Assembly (NCBI GenBank): GCA_003574845.1
Contig: NDHY01000001.1
Location: 73,043-137,042, forward strand
DNA length: 64,000 nucleotides
Source of the DNA: a candidate division NPL-UPA2 bacterium Unc8
Lineage (GTDB): Bacteria > NPL-UPA2
Direction: 5' to 3'
Made by a program: the position numbers and the translations under genes. The notes under the pieces are model-generated. The model was not told where the DNA came from. It saw nothing but the letters and a program-made list of their open reading frames with translations, and ran no database searches. Positions 55,395 through 64,000 of the stretch are shown here, piece after piece (positions within the stretch are counted from its first letter, which is position 1; every line of letters begins with the position of its first letter).

Positions 55395-57072
55395 GCCGCG
55401 AGGGTTGGCAGAGATTCTGCTCACAGAGGGGCTGATTGAGGCGGAGGCATTAAGAGAGGCTCTCAAAGAAGAGAAGAGAACAAAAGAAACACTACACCAG
55501 ATTCTTACCAGAAATGGCACTGTTTCTCCTGAGAACCTCTGCAAGGCACTCTCGCTCCAGTTTAACCTGAAGATTGTCAGTCTCTCCACAATTAAGGTCG
55601 AAGAAGGAATCATCAGCCAAATTCCACAGAGCATGGCAAGAAGACACAAGATGTTTCCTATAGAGAAGAAAGACAACACAATTACAGTTGCTATTTCAGA
55701 GCCCGGGAGCCTTCCAGCACTTGATAACCTGAGAGTGCTCCTGGGATGCGAGATTGAGCCAGCTCTCACCACCGAGAAAGAGATAAATACTGCGCTGGAT
55801 AATTATTACGGAAGCGACAGGGACCTCGCCCAGGTGACAATCGAGAAATCCGAAGACGAGGAATACGCTGATGCCATCGATACCACAGCCGTTGAGGGAG
55901 AGGATACGCCAGTAATCAGATTGGTTGGGCTCATCCTCATGGAGGCGCTCCGCAAGAGAGCCAGCGACATCCACCTGGAGCCACTTAAAGACCGCTTTCG
56001 GGTAAGATACCGCATTGACGGAATCTGTCAGGAGGTTCTTGGGCCACCTAAAGAACTCCAGGGGCTAATAATCTCCAGAATAAAGATTATGGCAGGTATA
56101 AACATTGCGGAGAAGCGGCTTCCCCAGGATGGAAGGATAAGAATTAAGCTCCTCGAAAAAGAGATAGACCTTCGTGTTTCCACGCTTCCAGGGCTTCACG
56201 GCGAAAGCGTTGTTATGAGAATACTTGACAAGGCAACCCTTCTCATTGACCTGAGAAAGTTAGGTTTCTCTGTCCAGGATCAAAGAAAGCTTGAGTCTCT
56301 CATTACCCTGCCCCACGGGATTCTCCTCGTTACCGGGCCGACTGGCTCGGGGAAGACAACGACGCTCTATGCTGTCCTGAATCGCATAAATCAGCCCGAT
56401 AGAAAGTTAATTACCGTTGAAGAGCCTGTTGAATACCAGCTCTCCGGGATAAATCAGTCACAAGTCAGACCAGAGATCGACCTGACATTCGCCAAGATAT
56501 TGCGTGAGATACTCAGACAGGCACCTGATATCATAATGGTTGGCGAGATCCGCGACGCCGAGACAGCACAAATTGCAGTTAGCGCTGCCCTGACCGGGCA
56601 CCTTATCTTCTCCACGCTCCACACTAACGATGCCCCGGGAGCAATGACCAGGCTAATTAACATGGGAATTACTCCTTTTCTGGTTGCCTCTTCCGTTCAG
56701 GGGATTATAGCCCAGAGGCTGATGCGGAAAATCTGCTCTAACTGTAGCGAGCCCTACACACCTGCCCCCCATGAGTTAATGGAAATTGGGCTTTCTCTGG
56801 ATGATATCTCAAACCAGGAGTTTTTTCGTGGCCGTGGTTGTCATAGGTGCAATCAGAGCGGTTACCATGGAAGGATTGCTATCTTTGAAATGCTGCCAGT
56901 AACCGATGAAATCAGAAACCTCGTCATCCGTAATGCCCCCAGCACGGAGATAAAACAAAAAGCACGAGAGCTTGGAATGAAAACGTTAAGGGAGGATGGC
57001 TGGGAAAAAGTATTTTCAGGGATAACAACTACAACCGAAGTAGCCAGAGTAACAGGAAGCGACATAGAATAA
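55384..57072 (+). CDS. pilB: Type IV pilus/T2SS assembly ATPase PilB/GspE, copy 1
   Basis: ASDIHLEP, PQDGR, GPTGSGKTTT, STLHTND, tetracysteine motif. Confidence 0.9.
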   Translation: MRNKPRGLAEILLTEGLIEAEALREALKEEKRTKETLHQILTRNGTVSPENLCKALSLQFNLKIVSLSTIKVEEGIISQIPQSMARRHKMFPIEKKDNTITVAISEPGSLPALDNLRVLLGCEIEPALTTEKEINTALDNYYGSDRDLAQVTIEKSEDEEYADAIDTTAVEGEDTPVIRLVGLILMEALRKRASDIHLEPLKDRFRVRYRIDGICQEVLGPPKELQGLIISRIKIMAGINIAEKRLPQDGRIRIKLLEKEIDLRVSTLPGLHGESVVMRILDKATLLIDLRKLGFSVQDQRKLESLITLPHGILLVTGPTGSGKTTTLYAVLNRINQPDRKLITVEEPVEYQLSGINQSQVRPEIDLTFAKILREILRQAPDIIMVGEIRDAETAQIAVSAALTGHLIFSTLHTNDAPGAMTRLINMGITPFLVASSVQGIIAQRLMRKICSNCSEPYTPAPHELMEIGLSLDDISNQEFFRGRGCHRCNQSGYHGRIAIFEMLPVTDEIRNLVIRNAPSTEIKQKARELGMKTLREDGWEKVFSGITTTTEVARVTGSDIE

Positions 57073-57101
57073 ATATCTGATTTTAAAAAGAGGGTTATCT
57101 T

Positions 57102-58172
57102 ATGGAAATGGATAAGCTATTAAGTATTACAGTGGAGAAGAGGGCATCTGACCTGCATCTTTCCGTTGGGAGGCCGCCAGTCCTCCGAACTGATGGAAGG
57201 CTCGTTGACCTTGACTTCAATTCACTGACACCAGATGATACCATTTCTCTTATGAAGTCAATTACATCTGCTGCACAACAGGAGAAACTTCAGGGCAAGG
57301 GAGGAGTTGAGTTTGGATTTGCCTTTGGAGAGGCGGCGCGCTTTAGGGTGAGCATCTTCAGGGAAAGGGGCCGCCTGGGTCTGGCGCTCAGGCTTATTCC
57401 ATCTCAACTCCTGACATTTGAGCAAATCGGGCTTCCTCCAACTACGATAAAGGAGTTGCTGCAAAAACCACGCGGGCTAATCCTTGTTACCGGGCCGACT
57501 GGCTCGGGGAAGACAACAACATTGGCAACAATGATTGACTTTATCAATCAGGAGACAGGTCGCCACATAATAACCATTGAGGACCCAATTGAATACTACC
57601 ATGAGCACCGAAAGTCACTCATCGTGCAGCGAGAGGTAGGAGTTGACGTTCCTTCCTTTTCCGAAGCGGTTATAAGAGCCTTAAGACAGGACCCGGATAT
57701 AATCTTCATCGGCGAGATGAGAGAGATAGCAACGATGGAGGCAGCAATTACCGCCGCTGAGACCGGGCACCTGGTCTTCTCTACCCTGCATACAACGGGC
57801 GCTGCAAAAACCGTTGACAGAATCATTGATGCCTTCCCAACTACCCAGCAGGAACAGATAAGGCTCCAGGTCTCCGGCTCCATCTTAGCGGTAATCTCCC
57901 AGGCCCTTCTCCCAAAAACAGGAGGAGGAAGAATCGCCGCCTTTGAGATAATGGTTTCCACCCCGGCGATCCAGAACCTCATCCGGGAAAAAAAGACATA
58001 CAATATTGTCTCTGCAATAGAGACAGGGCGGAAATATGGCATGCGATTACTGGACCAGCACCTCTTAGAGCTTCACCAGAGGGGGCTGATTCGCCAGGAG
58101 GATATGATGGGTGTGTGTTCTGACCTCACCTCAATCAGGACAAAACTTGATGCCATCACAAGGAAAAGATAG
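57102..58172 (+). CDS. pilT: Pilus retraction ATPase
   Basis: ASDLHL, GPTGSGKT, LRQDPD, AAETGHLV, AIQNLIRE. Confidence 0.95.
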   Translation: MEMDKLLSITVEKRASDLHLSVGRPPVLRTDGRLVDLDFNSLTPDDTISLMKSITSAAQQEKLQGKGGVEFGFAFGEAARFRVSIFRERGRLGLALRLIPSQLLTFEQIGLPPTTIKELLQKPRGLILVTGPTGSGKTTTLATMIDFINQETGRHIITIEDPIEYYHEHRKSLIVQREVGVDVPSFSEAVIRALRQDPDIIFIGEMREIATMEAAITAAETGHLVFSTLHTTGAAKTVDRIIDAFPTTQQEQIRLQVSGSILAVISQALLPKTGGGRIAAFEIMVSTPAIQNLIREKKTYNIVSAIETGRKYGMRLLDQHLLELHQRGLIRQEDMMGVCSDLTSIRTKLDAITRKR

Positions 58173-58174
58173 TG

Positions 58175-58245
58175 CAGAGAGAGGCATAGAGGCACAAGAG
58201 CTGAAAGCTGAAAGCTATTTAGTAGAGAGTAGAGAGAGGCACAAA
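58175..58245. repeat. Repeat mosaic L
   Basis: GGCACAAGA-GCTGAAA x2-GCTATTTAG-TAGAGAG x2-GGCACAAAG between pilT and pilB copy 2. Confidence 0.85.
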
Positions 58246-58247
58246 GT

Positions 58248-59801
58248 ATGATAAAAACACATGAGGAGAAGAGAGGGAGAAAGGAAGATGCGCTACCCAT
58301 TAAAGTGAGCGAGATTGAGATAAATCCAGAGGTTATCACCAGGATCTCTCCATCAATAGCAAGAATTTATACGATCATGCCGATGAGCTTTGCTCGCAAC
58401 ACCCTAACCATAGCCACCGCCAATCCGCACAATATCCGCCTTCTTGATGACCTGCGATTTATGTTAAATGTTGAGATAGAAGCAGTTCCCAGCACAGAAG
58501 ATGAGATTAAAAGAGCAATTGAAAGGTATTATGGACCAGAGGGAGCCTCCGCCGCCGACTTGCTTGCCCAGATAGAGCAAGGTGGAAAGGTAACCGTCAG
58601 AGAAGAAGTTATAGACATTGAGGAGCTTCAACAGCTTGCCAAGAAGGCCTCTACTGCCAGGCTGCTCAATTTAATCTTAGGACGGGCAATAAAGGAGAGA
58701 GCAAGTGATATTCATTTTGAGCCGTTCGAGGACCAGTTCAGGGTCCGATATCGGATTGATGGAGCGCTCTATGACACAGCTCCTCCACCGAAGCACCTTG
58801 GTGCGGGGATTTCCTCAAGACTTAAAGTGATCGCCGGGATGGACATTGCCGAGCGCCGAATCCCACAGAGCGGCAGAATCGAGGTAAAGATAGGAGGAAG
58901 AAACGTTGACCTGCGAGTTTCAACCCTCCCAACTGTTTTCGGGGAGAGCATCGTGTTGAGAGTGCTGGACCGCTCCATTGTGATGTTATCGCTGGATCAA
59001 CTTGGGATGCTTCCTAATGATCTTAAAACGTTCAGACAGCTTATTCAAAAGCCAAATGGGATTCTCCTCGTTACCGGGCCAACAGGATGCGGAAAGACCA
59101 CAACTCTCTACTCTGCCCTTGCCTCCCTTGATAGCGATACCACTAAAATCATTACAACAGAGGACCCGGTTGAGTATGACATTCCAGGAATTGTGCAGGT
59201 TCACATAAGAGAACAGATAGGGCTGACTTTTGCCACTTGTCTCAGACATATTCTCCGGCAGGATCCCGACACAGTCCTTGTCGGAGAGATGCGCGATCTG
59301 GAGACAGTGCAAATTTCGATTCAAGCCTCGCTCACCGGGCACCTTGTGCTCAGCACTCTACACACAAGCGATGCCGCAACAACTATAATAAGACTCCTTG
59401 ACATGGGCATTGAGCCCTTTCTGATTGCCTCTACCTTAGAGGCAATAATTGCCCAGAGACTTGTGCGAACAATCTGCCAGAATTGCAAGGAGCCCTACCG
59501 GCCGGACGAAGAGGAGCTACGGTCAATCAGGCTGACGGCAGAGGAGGTGAGAGAAAGAACTTTTTACCGGGGAAAGGGATGCGGCCTCTGTAATAACACC
59601 GGCTATAAAGGAAGAACAGGAATCTTTGAGCTTCTCATTCCCAATGACAACGTCAAGGTTCTTATTATGAAGAGGGCATCAGCAGGGGACATTCGCGATG
59701 AGACAACAAGGCAGGAGCTAAAAACAATAAGAGAAGATGGATTAGAGAAAATATACCAGGGAATTACCACCATTGAAGAGGTAAGGAGGGAAATAATTTA
59801 A
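58248..59801 (+). CDS. pilB: PilB/GspE ATPase, copy 2 (short N-terminus)
   Basis: ASDIHFEP, GPTGCGKTTT, LRQDPD, tetracysteine motif. Confidence 0.9.
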   Translation: MIKTHEEKRGRKEDALPIKVSEIEINPEVITRISPSIARIYTIMPMSFARNTLTIATANPHNIRLLDDLRFMLNVEIEAVPSTEDEIKRAIERYYGPEGASAADLLAQIEQGGKVTVREEVIDIEELQQLAKKASTARLLNLILGRAIKERASDIHFEPFEDQFRVRYRIDGALYDTAPPPKHLGAGISSRLKVIAGMDIAERRIPQSGRIEVKIGGRNVDLRVSTLPTVFGESIVLRVLDRSIVMLSLDQLGMLPNDLKTFRQLIQKPNGILLVTGPTGCGKTTTLYSALASLDSDTTKIITTEDPVEYDIPGIVQVHIREQIGLTFATCLRHILRQDPDTVLVGEMRDLETVQISIQASLTGHLVLSTLHTSDAATTIIRLLDMGIEPFLIASTLEAIIAQRLVRTICQNCKEPYRPDEEELRSIRLTAEEVRERTFYRGKGCGLCNNTGYKGRTGIFELLIPNDNVKVLIMKRASAGDIRDETTRQELKTIREDGLEKIYQGITTIEEVRREII

Positions 59802-59806
59802 GAAAG

Positions 59807-61054
59807 ATGCCAATCTTTAATTACGTAGCAACGGATGCAGGTGGCAAAGAGACGAAAGGAGTTATAGACGCAGAGACAGAGGTCATGGCTCTCTCCAGAA
59901 TCCGAGAAATGTCTCTCTTTCCTCTGCAACTGACGAAACAAGCAGCTGCTGCTCCTGGTGCTCAGGACAAGAAGGGAGGGATTCTTGGAGGGCAAATTAA
60001 GATACCTTTTCTCTCAAGCCGCGTCTCAGGGAAAGAACTTACACCATTTACAAGACAACTTGCTACCCTGATTAATGCAGGACTTCCTCTGATAAGGAGT
60101 CTTAGTGTCCTTATGAATCAGATGAAGCCATCGGCGCTAAAGGATATCGTAATGGGCATTATAGTCGATGTAGAAAGCGGAAGCAGCTTTGGCGATGCTC
60201 TAATAAAATACCCGAAGGTGTTTTCAAAAGTGTTTATTGGCATGGTAAAAGCAGGAGAGGCGGGCGGAGTATTAGATAAGTCGCTGGAGCGCCTGGCAGA
60301 GTTTGCCGAGAAAAGCGCCGCTTTAAGGGGAAAAATAAAAACAGCGATGACCTATCCAATCATAGTTGTCGTCGTAATTGTTGGTATCATGGCAGTAATA
60401 TTTCGATTTGTTATCCCGACATTTGAGGAAATGTTTGCCGACATGGAGATGGCGCTTCCTGCCCCAACGCGGATTTTAATAGAAACAAGCACATTTATTA
60501 GAGAGCAGGCTTTTCTTGTCCCACTCACTCCTATAGCGCTTATCGCTCTTTATTCTCTGATTCAGAAAACAAAGGGTGGCGGGTTAGCCATTGACAAGGG
60601 CAAGCTGCGGATTCCGCTTATGGGACCACTTATCCGAAAAATTGCCGTGGCAAGATTTAGCAGAACATTAGGAACATTGGTTACCAGTGGAGTTCCCATT
60701 CTCCAGGCACTTGATACCGCCAGGGAGACAGCGGGAAACCTTGTAATATCCGGAGCAATTAAAACTGCTCATGACAGTGTAAAGGCAGGAGAGACGCTTG
60801 CGGCCCCTTTTGAGGCCAGCAACGTTTTTCCCCCTCTCGTAAGTAGCATGATCAGCGTTGGTGAAGAAACAGGAAATCTTGATGAAATGCTTCTAAAGGT
60901 CGCCGATACCTATGACGAAGAGGTAGATAGAGCCGTGGAAGCGCTCTCCGCATCACTTGAGCCAATAATGCTTGTATTTATGGGGATAATTGTTGGTTTT
61001 ATCGTTATCTCTCTCTTTGTCCCCCTCATCCAGATGGCAATGGCAATAGCATGA
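59807..61054 (+). CDS. pilC: Type IV pilus platform protein PilC/GspF
   Basis: FTRQLATL..AG, AGEAGG.L, VGEETG.L, LEP. Confidence 0.93.
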   Translation: MPIFNYVATDAGGKETKGVIDAETEVMALSRIREMSLFPLQLTKQAAAAPGAQDKKGGILGGQIKIPFLSSRVSGKELTPFTRQLATLINAGLPLIRSLSVLMNQMKPSALKDIVMGIIVDVESGSSFGDALIKYPKVFSKVFIGMVKAGEAGGVLDKSLERLAEFAEKSAALRGKIKTAMTYPIIVVVVIVGIMAVIFRFVIPTFEEMFADMEMALPAPTRILIETSTFIREQAFLVPLTPIALIALYSLIQKTKGGGLAIDKGKLRIPLMGPLIRKIAVARFSRTLGTLVTSGVPILQALDTARETAGNLVISGAIKTAHDSVKAGETLAAPFEASNVFPPLVSSMISVGEETGNLDEMLLKVADTYDEEVDRAVEALSASLEPIMLVFMGIIVGFIVISLFVPLIQMAMAIA

Positions 61055-62445
61055 GACTAAGGCACATGTCCATGGAGGAGCAGAGAATCCTTCTTGTTGA
61101 TGACGAAGAAAACATGAGGAAGAGCCTGGGGGCACTCCTCAGGAGAGAAGGGTATCGTGTTGAGACCGCCTCCACCGGAGGTGAGGCCACCCGGTTGGCA
61201 GCAAAGCGCTCCTTCGCCCTGCTTGTGATTGACCTTAAATTAGGAGAAATGGATGGAATAGAGACATACCTCCGCATAAAAAAAGGAAGTCCCCGCACAC
61301 TGGCGATTATCATAACCGGTCATGCCAGTATGGAGAGCGCAATTGAGGCAATTCGCGCCGGGGCATATGACTATTTAGTAAAACCGTTCCGCTTTGAGGA
61401 GATGCTCCTAACAGTAAAAAGAGCGCTGGATTACCAGCAAGTCCGAGAGGAAAATGTCTATCTCCATCGGGAACTAAAAGGAAAGTTCTGGCTCGGTAAT
61501 GTCATTGGAAAAAGCATCCAGATGGAGAAGGTATTCCAGGTAGTGAAAAAGGTGGCAGATTCAGATGTAACTGTGCTTCTGCGAGGCGAGAGTGGAACCG
61601 GCAAGGAACTCATTGCCCGAGCAATCCATTACAGTGGCCCGCGGCGAGAAAAAAGATTTATTGCCATAAGCTGCGGGGTGATTTCCGAAACCCTCCTTGA
61701 ATCAGAACTTTTTGGATACGAGAAAGGAGCTTTCACCGGAGCAGTAACAAGGAAAAAGGGGTTCTTTGAGGTAGCCGATGGGGGAACCGTTCTTCTTGAT
61801 GAAATTGGTGACCTCTCTCCTGCCACCCAGATGAAGCTGCTACGAGTCTTGCAGGAAAGGGAATTTCAGCGGGTTGGAGGTACAGAGACCATAGCTGTAG
61901 ATGTCCGAATAATCAGTGCCACCAACAAGGACTTAGAAAAAGAGGTCAGGGAGCAACGTTTCCGGGAAGACCTGTATTATCGAATCAATGTCATTCCCAT
62001 TACTCTGCCACCACTGCGGGAAAGGAAAGGAGACATTCCTCTCCTCATTGAGAATTTTTTGGCAAAATACCGGGGGAAAGAGAGGGAAATAAAAATTTCT
62101 GCCGAAGCAAAAGAGCTGCTCATGAATTACCATTGGCCCGGTAATGTGCGGGAATTAGAGAATGTCATTGAGGGAGCAATTGCTCTAAGCTCCGGAAGCA
62201 TCATTTCCGCCAAAGATATTGCTCTCAATATGGGTCCAGCGACTACAAGAGAAACGGCAATAGCTGTCAACGAAAGGTTAACGCTGAAAGAGGCAAAGGA
62301 AAAGCTTGAGGAGAAATTTATAAAGAAGGCGCTGGAGAAAGCCCGTGGAAACGTGGCACAGATTGGGAGAGAACTCGGGCTAAGTCGCAGGCACCTATAT
62401 GAGAGAATGGACCACTACGGCATTAACCCGGGAGCATATAAATGA
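61051..62445 (+). CDS. Sigma54-dependent response regulator (NtrC/PilR-like)
   Basis: REC domain, GESGTGKE, GAFTGA, WPGNVREL, C-terminal HTH. Confidence 0.95.
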   Translation: MRLRHMSMEEQRILLVDDEENMRKSLGALLRREGYRVETASTGGEATRLAAKRSFALLVIDLKLGEMDGIETYLRIKKGSPRTLAIIITGHASMESAIEAIRAGAYDYLVKPFRFEEMLLTVKRALDYQQVREENVYLHRELKGKFWLGNVIGKSIQMEKVFQVVKKVADSDVTVLLRGESGTGKELIARAIHYSGPRREKRFIAISCGVISETLLESELFGYEKGAFTGAVTRKKGFFEVADGGTVLLDEIGDLSPATQMKLLRVLQEREFQRVGGTETIAVDVRIISATNKDLEKEVREQRFREDLYYRINVIPITLPPLRERKGDIPLLIENFLAKYRGKEREIKISAEAKELLMNYHWPGNVRELENVIEGAIALSSGSIISAKDIALNMGPATTRETAIAVNERLTLKEAKEKLEEKFIKKALEKARGNVAQIGRELGLSRRHLYERMDHYGINPGAYK

Positions 62446-63551
62446 AGCGTTCATGGTTTTTGTGGGACGTAGCATACCTGGCGATTTTGGGCTTGCTTAT
62501 GGTTCTTTTTATCCTCGGCGCTGTTGCAGTACTCCGATGGGAAGGGCAGCAGCAAATGGCAATTATAGGCGGAATATTCTTCGTCCTGGGATACTTAAGC
62601 CACCCCTACCTCTCCCGATCGATTTGGAGCCCGCTGGCAAAACTAATGCGGGAGAGCCGGGGAAGAGACAATAGTCAGCGCGCGCTACCGCAGGAGCTAA
62701 TAGAGGATTTACGCCTCTCCCGGCTGGAGGTGAAGCGCTGGTCAGAAGAGTTAGAAAAAAGAGTAGAAGAGAGAACAAGAAAGATAATTGCTCTCCGGAG
62801 GAAATTGATTCACTTTGAGAAGATGGCCTCATTGGGTGGGATGGCAGCAGGGGTAGCACACGAGATAAGAAACCCTCTTGGAATTATCGGCATTGCTGCC
62901 GGGTACCTGAATAGTTCAATAAGCGCTAACAATGACTCCCTGAGTAAGAGTGAGGTGGCAGTCTTAAGAGAACAGGTTGCAATCATTGAAGAGGAGGTTG
63001 AAAGAATGAGAAGAACCACCGACAACCTTCTCTCCTTCTCCCGATTTTCTCTGGAAGGAGTGCCAGAACCAATTCACATCAACGATGTAATAGATGAGTC
63101 CATTGCTTATCTGCAGGATACTACTCTGCAAGGGATAGAGTTGCTCCGGGACCTTGACCGCACTCTTCCTCCAGTAAGGATTGACCGGGACCAGTTACGT
63201 CAGGTGTTTTTAAACATTATCCAGAATGCTTCCCAGGCAATGTTAGATGGAGGGACAATAGAAATCCACTCTAAGAGGGGAGAGAAGCGCTCAATGGTTG
63301 AGGTCTCCTTTCGAGACACTGGCTGCGGAATCCCTTCAGGGGACCTGAAAAGAATATTTGACCCGTTTTGGACGACGAAGAGCGCCGGGAGGAAAGGGTT
63401 CGGCCTGGGACTGGCAATTTCGCACAACATTATCCGCAAGAACAGAGGAGATATCAGTGTAAAGAGTGTCCTCGGGGAGGGAACAACCTTTACAATCAAG
63501 CTCCCGATAACGGAAAATGGTAAAGAAAGGCACAAAGGCACAAAGTTATGA
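62442..63551 (+). CDS. Sensor histidine kinase (NtrB/PilS-like)
   Basis: Two TM segments, AHEIRNPL, N box, DTGCG, FDPF, GLGL. Confidence 0.93.
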   Translation: MKRSWFLWDVAYLAILGLLMVLFILGAVAVLRWEGQQQMAIIGGIFFVLGYLSHPYLSRSIWSPLAKLMRESRGRDNSQRALPQELIEDLRLSRLEVKRWSEELEKRVEERTRKIIALRRKLIHFEKMASLGGMAAGVAHEIRNPLGIIGIAAGYLNSSISANNDSLSKSEVAVLREQVAIIEEEVERMRRTTDNLLSFSRFSLEGVPEPIHINDVIDESIAYLQDTTLQGIELLRDLDRTLPPVRIDRDQLRQVFLNIIQNASQAMLDGGTIEIHSKRGEKRSMVEVSFRDTGCGIPSGDLKRIFDPFWTTKSAGRKGFGLGLAISHNIIRKNRGDISVKSVLGEGTTFTIKLPITENGKERHKGTKL

Positions 63552-63561
63552 TAAAATAAAG

Positions 63562-63687
63562 GTAAGTATTCAGTGAACACGTTATTCTTGGTAGCCGCAG
63601 GCTTCAGCCTGCGCCGAAGTAACGCAACCTAAAGGTTGCGGCTACCTTCAAACCTGCTTTTATACCACGTCTTTACTGAATATTTAC
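63562..63687. mobile_element. 126-bp MITE-like element
   Basis: 21-bp imperfect TIRs (63562-63582 / 63667-63687, 18/21 match) flanked by direct repeat AAATAAAG (63554-63561, 63688-63695). Confidence 0.8.
63590..63646. repeat. GTAG-family REP doublet (REPIN-like)
   Basis: GGTAGCCGCAGGCTTCAGCCTGCG and inverted CGCAACCTAAAGGTTGCGGCTACC, each GTAG plus a palindrome. Confidence 0.8.
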
Positions 63688-63738
63688 AAATAAAGACACA
63701 GACACCTTAAAAACTAAGTCAATAAAGGAATTAATGAT

Positions 63739-64000
63739 ATGTTGAGAGGTTCGGTTGGACTGGACATTGGTGCCAATGCAATAAAAATAGTAGAACTTAG
63801 GAAAGTCGGCGAAAAGGTTCAACTGATAAAGGCAGGGATGGTAGGGATTCCCGACGATTCATCCAGGCAAAAAGACATTCTCTCCAATCTTCTAAGAGAC
63901 TTCAAGGGAAGAGGGAAAGCATTCTCAGTCGCTGTCCCCGGGCAATCTGCCTATATCCGCTATGTAGACCTCCCTCCGCTGGATACTTCTCGCCTTGAGC
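63739..64000 (+). CDS. pilM: Type IV pilus assembly protein PilM (partial, runs off the window)
   Basis: MLRGSVGLDIGANAIKIVEL...VAVPGQSAYIRYVDLP; open to the window end. Confidence 0.88.
   Translation, partial: MLRGSVGLDIGANAIKIVELRKVGEKVQLIKAGMVGIPDDSSRQKDILSNLLRDFKGRGKAFSVAVPGQSAYIRYVDLPPLDTSRLE

Noticed and set aside
31612-64000. GGCACAAAG as a DNA uptake sequence, given dprA, pilD and pili
   Set aside because: It occurs in tandem clusters at gene ends rather than dispersed singly through coding DNA

Overview
A 64 kb bacterial chromosomal window, probably from an uncultured diderm anaerobe (inference; the pilB-pilT-pilB-pilC order and lgt type recall PVC-related or deltaproteobacterial lineages, but this cannot be verified here). 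Most of it is housekeeping: aspC, rpe, ndk, cobO, mnmA, thi4, larE, gatAB, eno, queE, aroE-pilD-aroC-aroK-dprA, trmD-rplS-rnhB-yraN, moaAC-moeA, hisS, der, proC, mtnP, ileS-dksA-lspA-lgt, accA, a type IV pilus cluster and three tRNAs (Lys, fMet, Asp). Three non-routine layers stand out. (1) The first 2 kb looks like an integron cassette array with no integrase in view: two 46-bp-identical attC-like sites separate an aspartyl protease gene, a toxin-antitoxin pair and a NYN gene. (2) A dispersed family of modular 7/8-bp tandem-repeat mosaics occurs at about 14 sites. They share exact 24-35 bp blocks in either orientation, often start right after stop codons, and contribute coding sequence to MoeA (in-frame 6x7 bp insert), Der, AroE and a histidine kinase. 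(3) Small nested elements are present: a 126-bp MITE with 21-bp terminal inverted repeats and an 8-bp target duplication carrying a REP doublet, plus a dRS3-like hairpin. There are also several unannotated small ORFs, gene remnants and a CCC-TGA-split acyl-CoA dehydrogenase. All family assignments come from motif recognition by eye; no database search was run.
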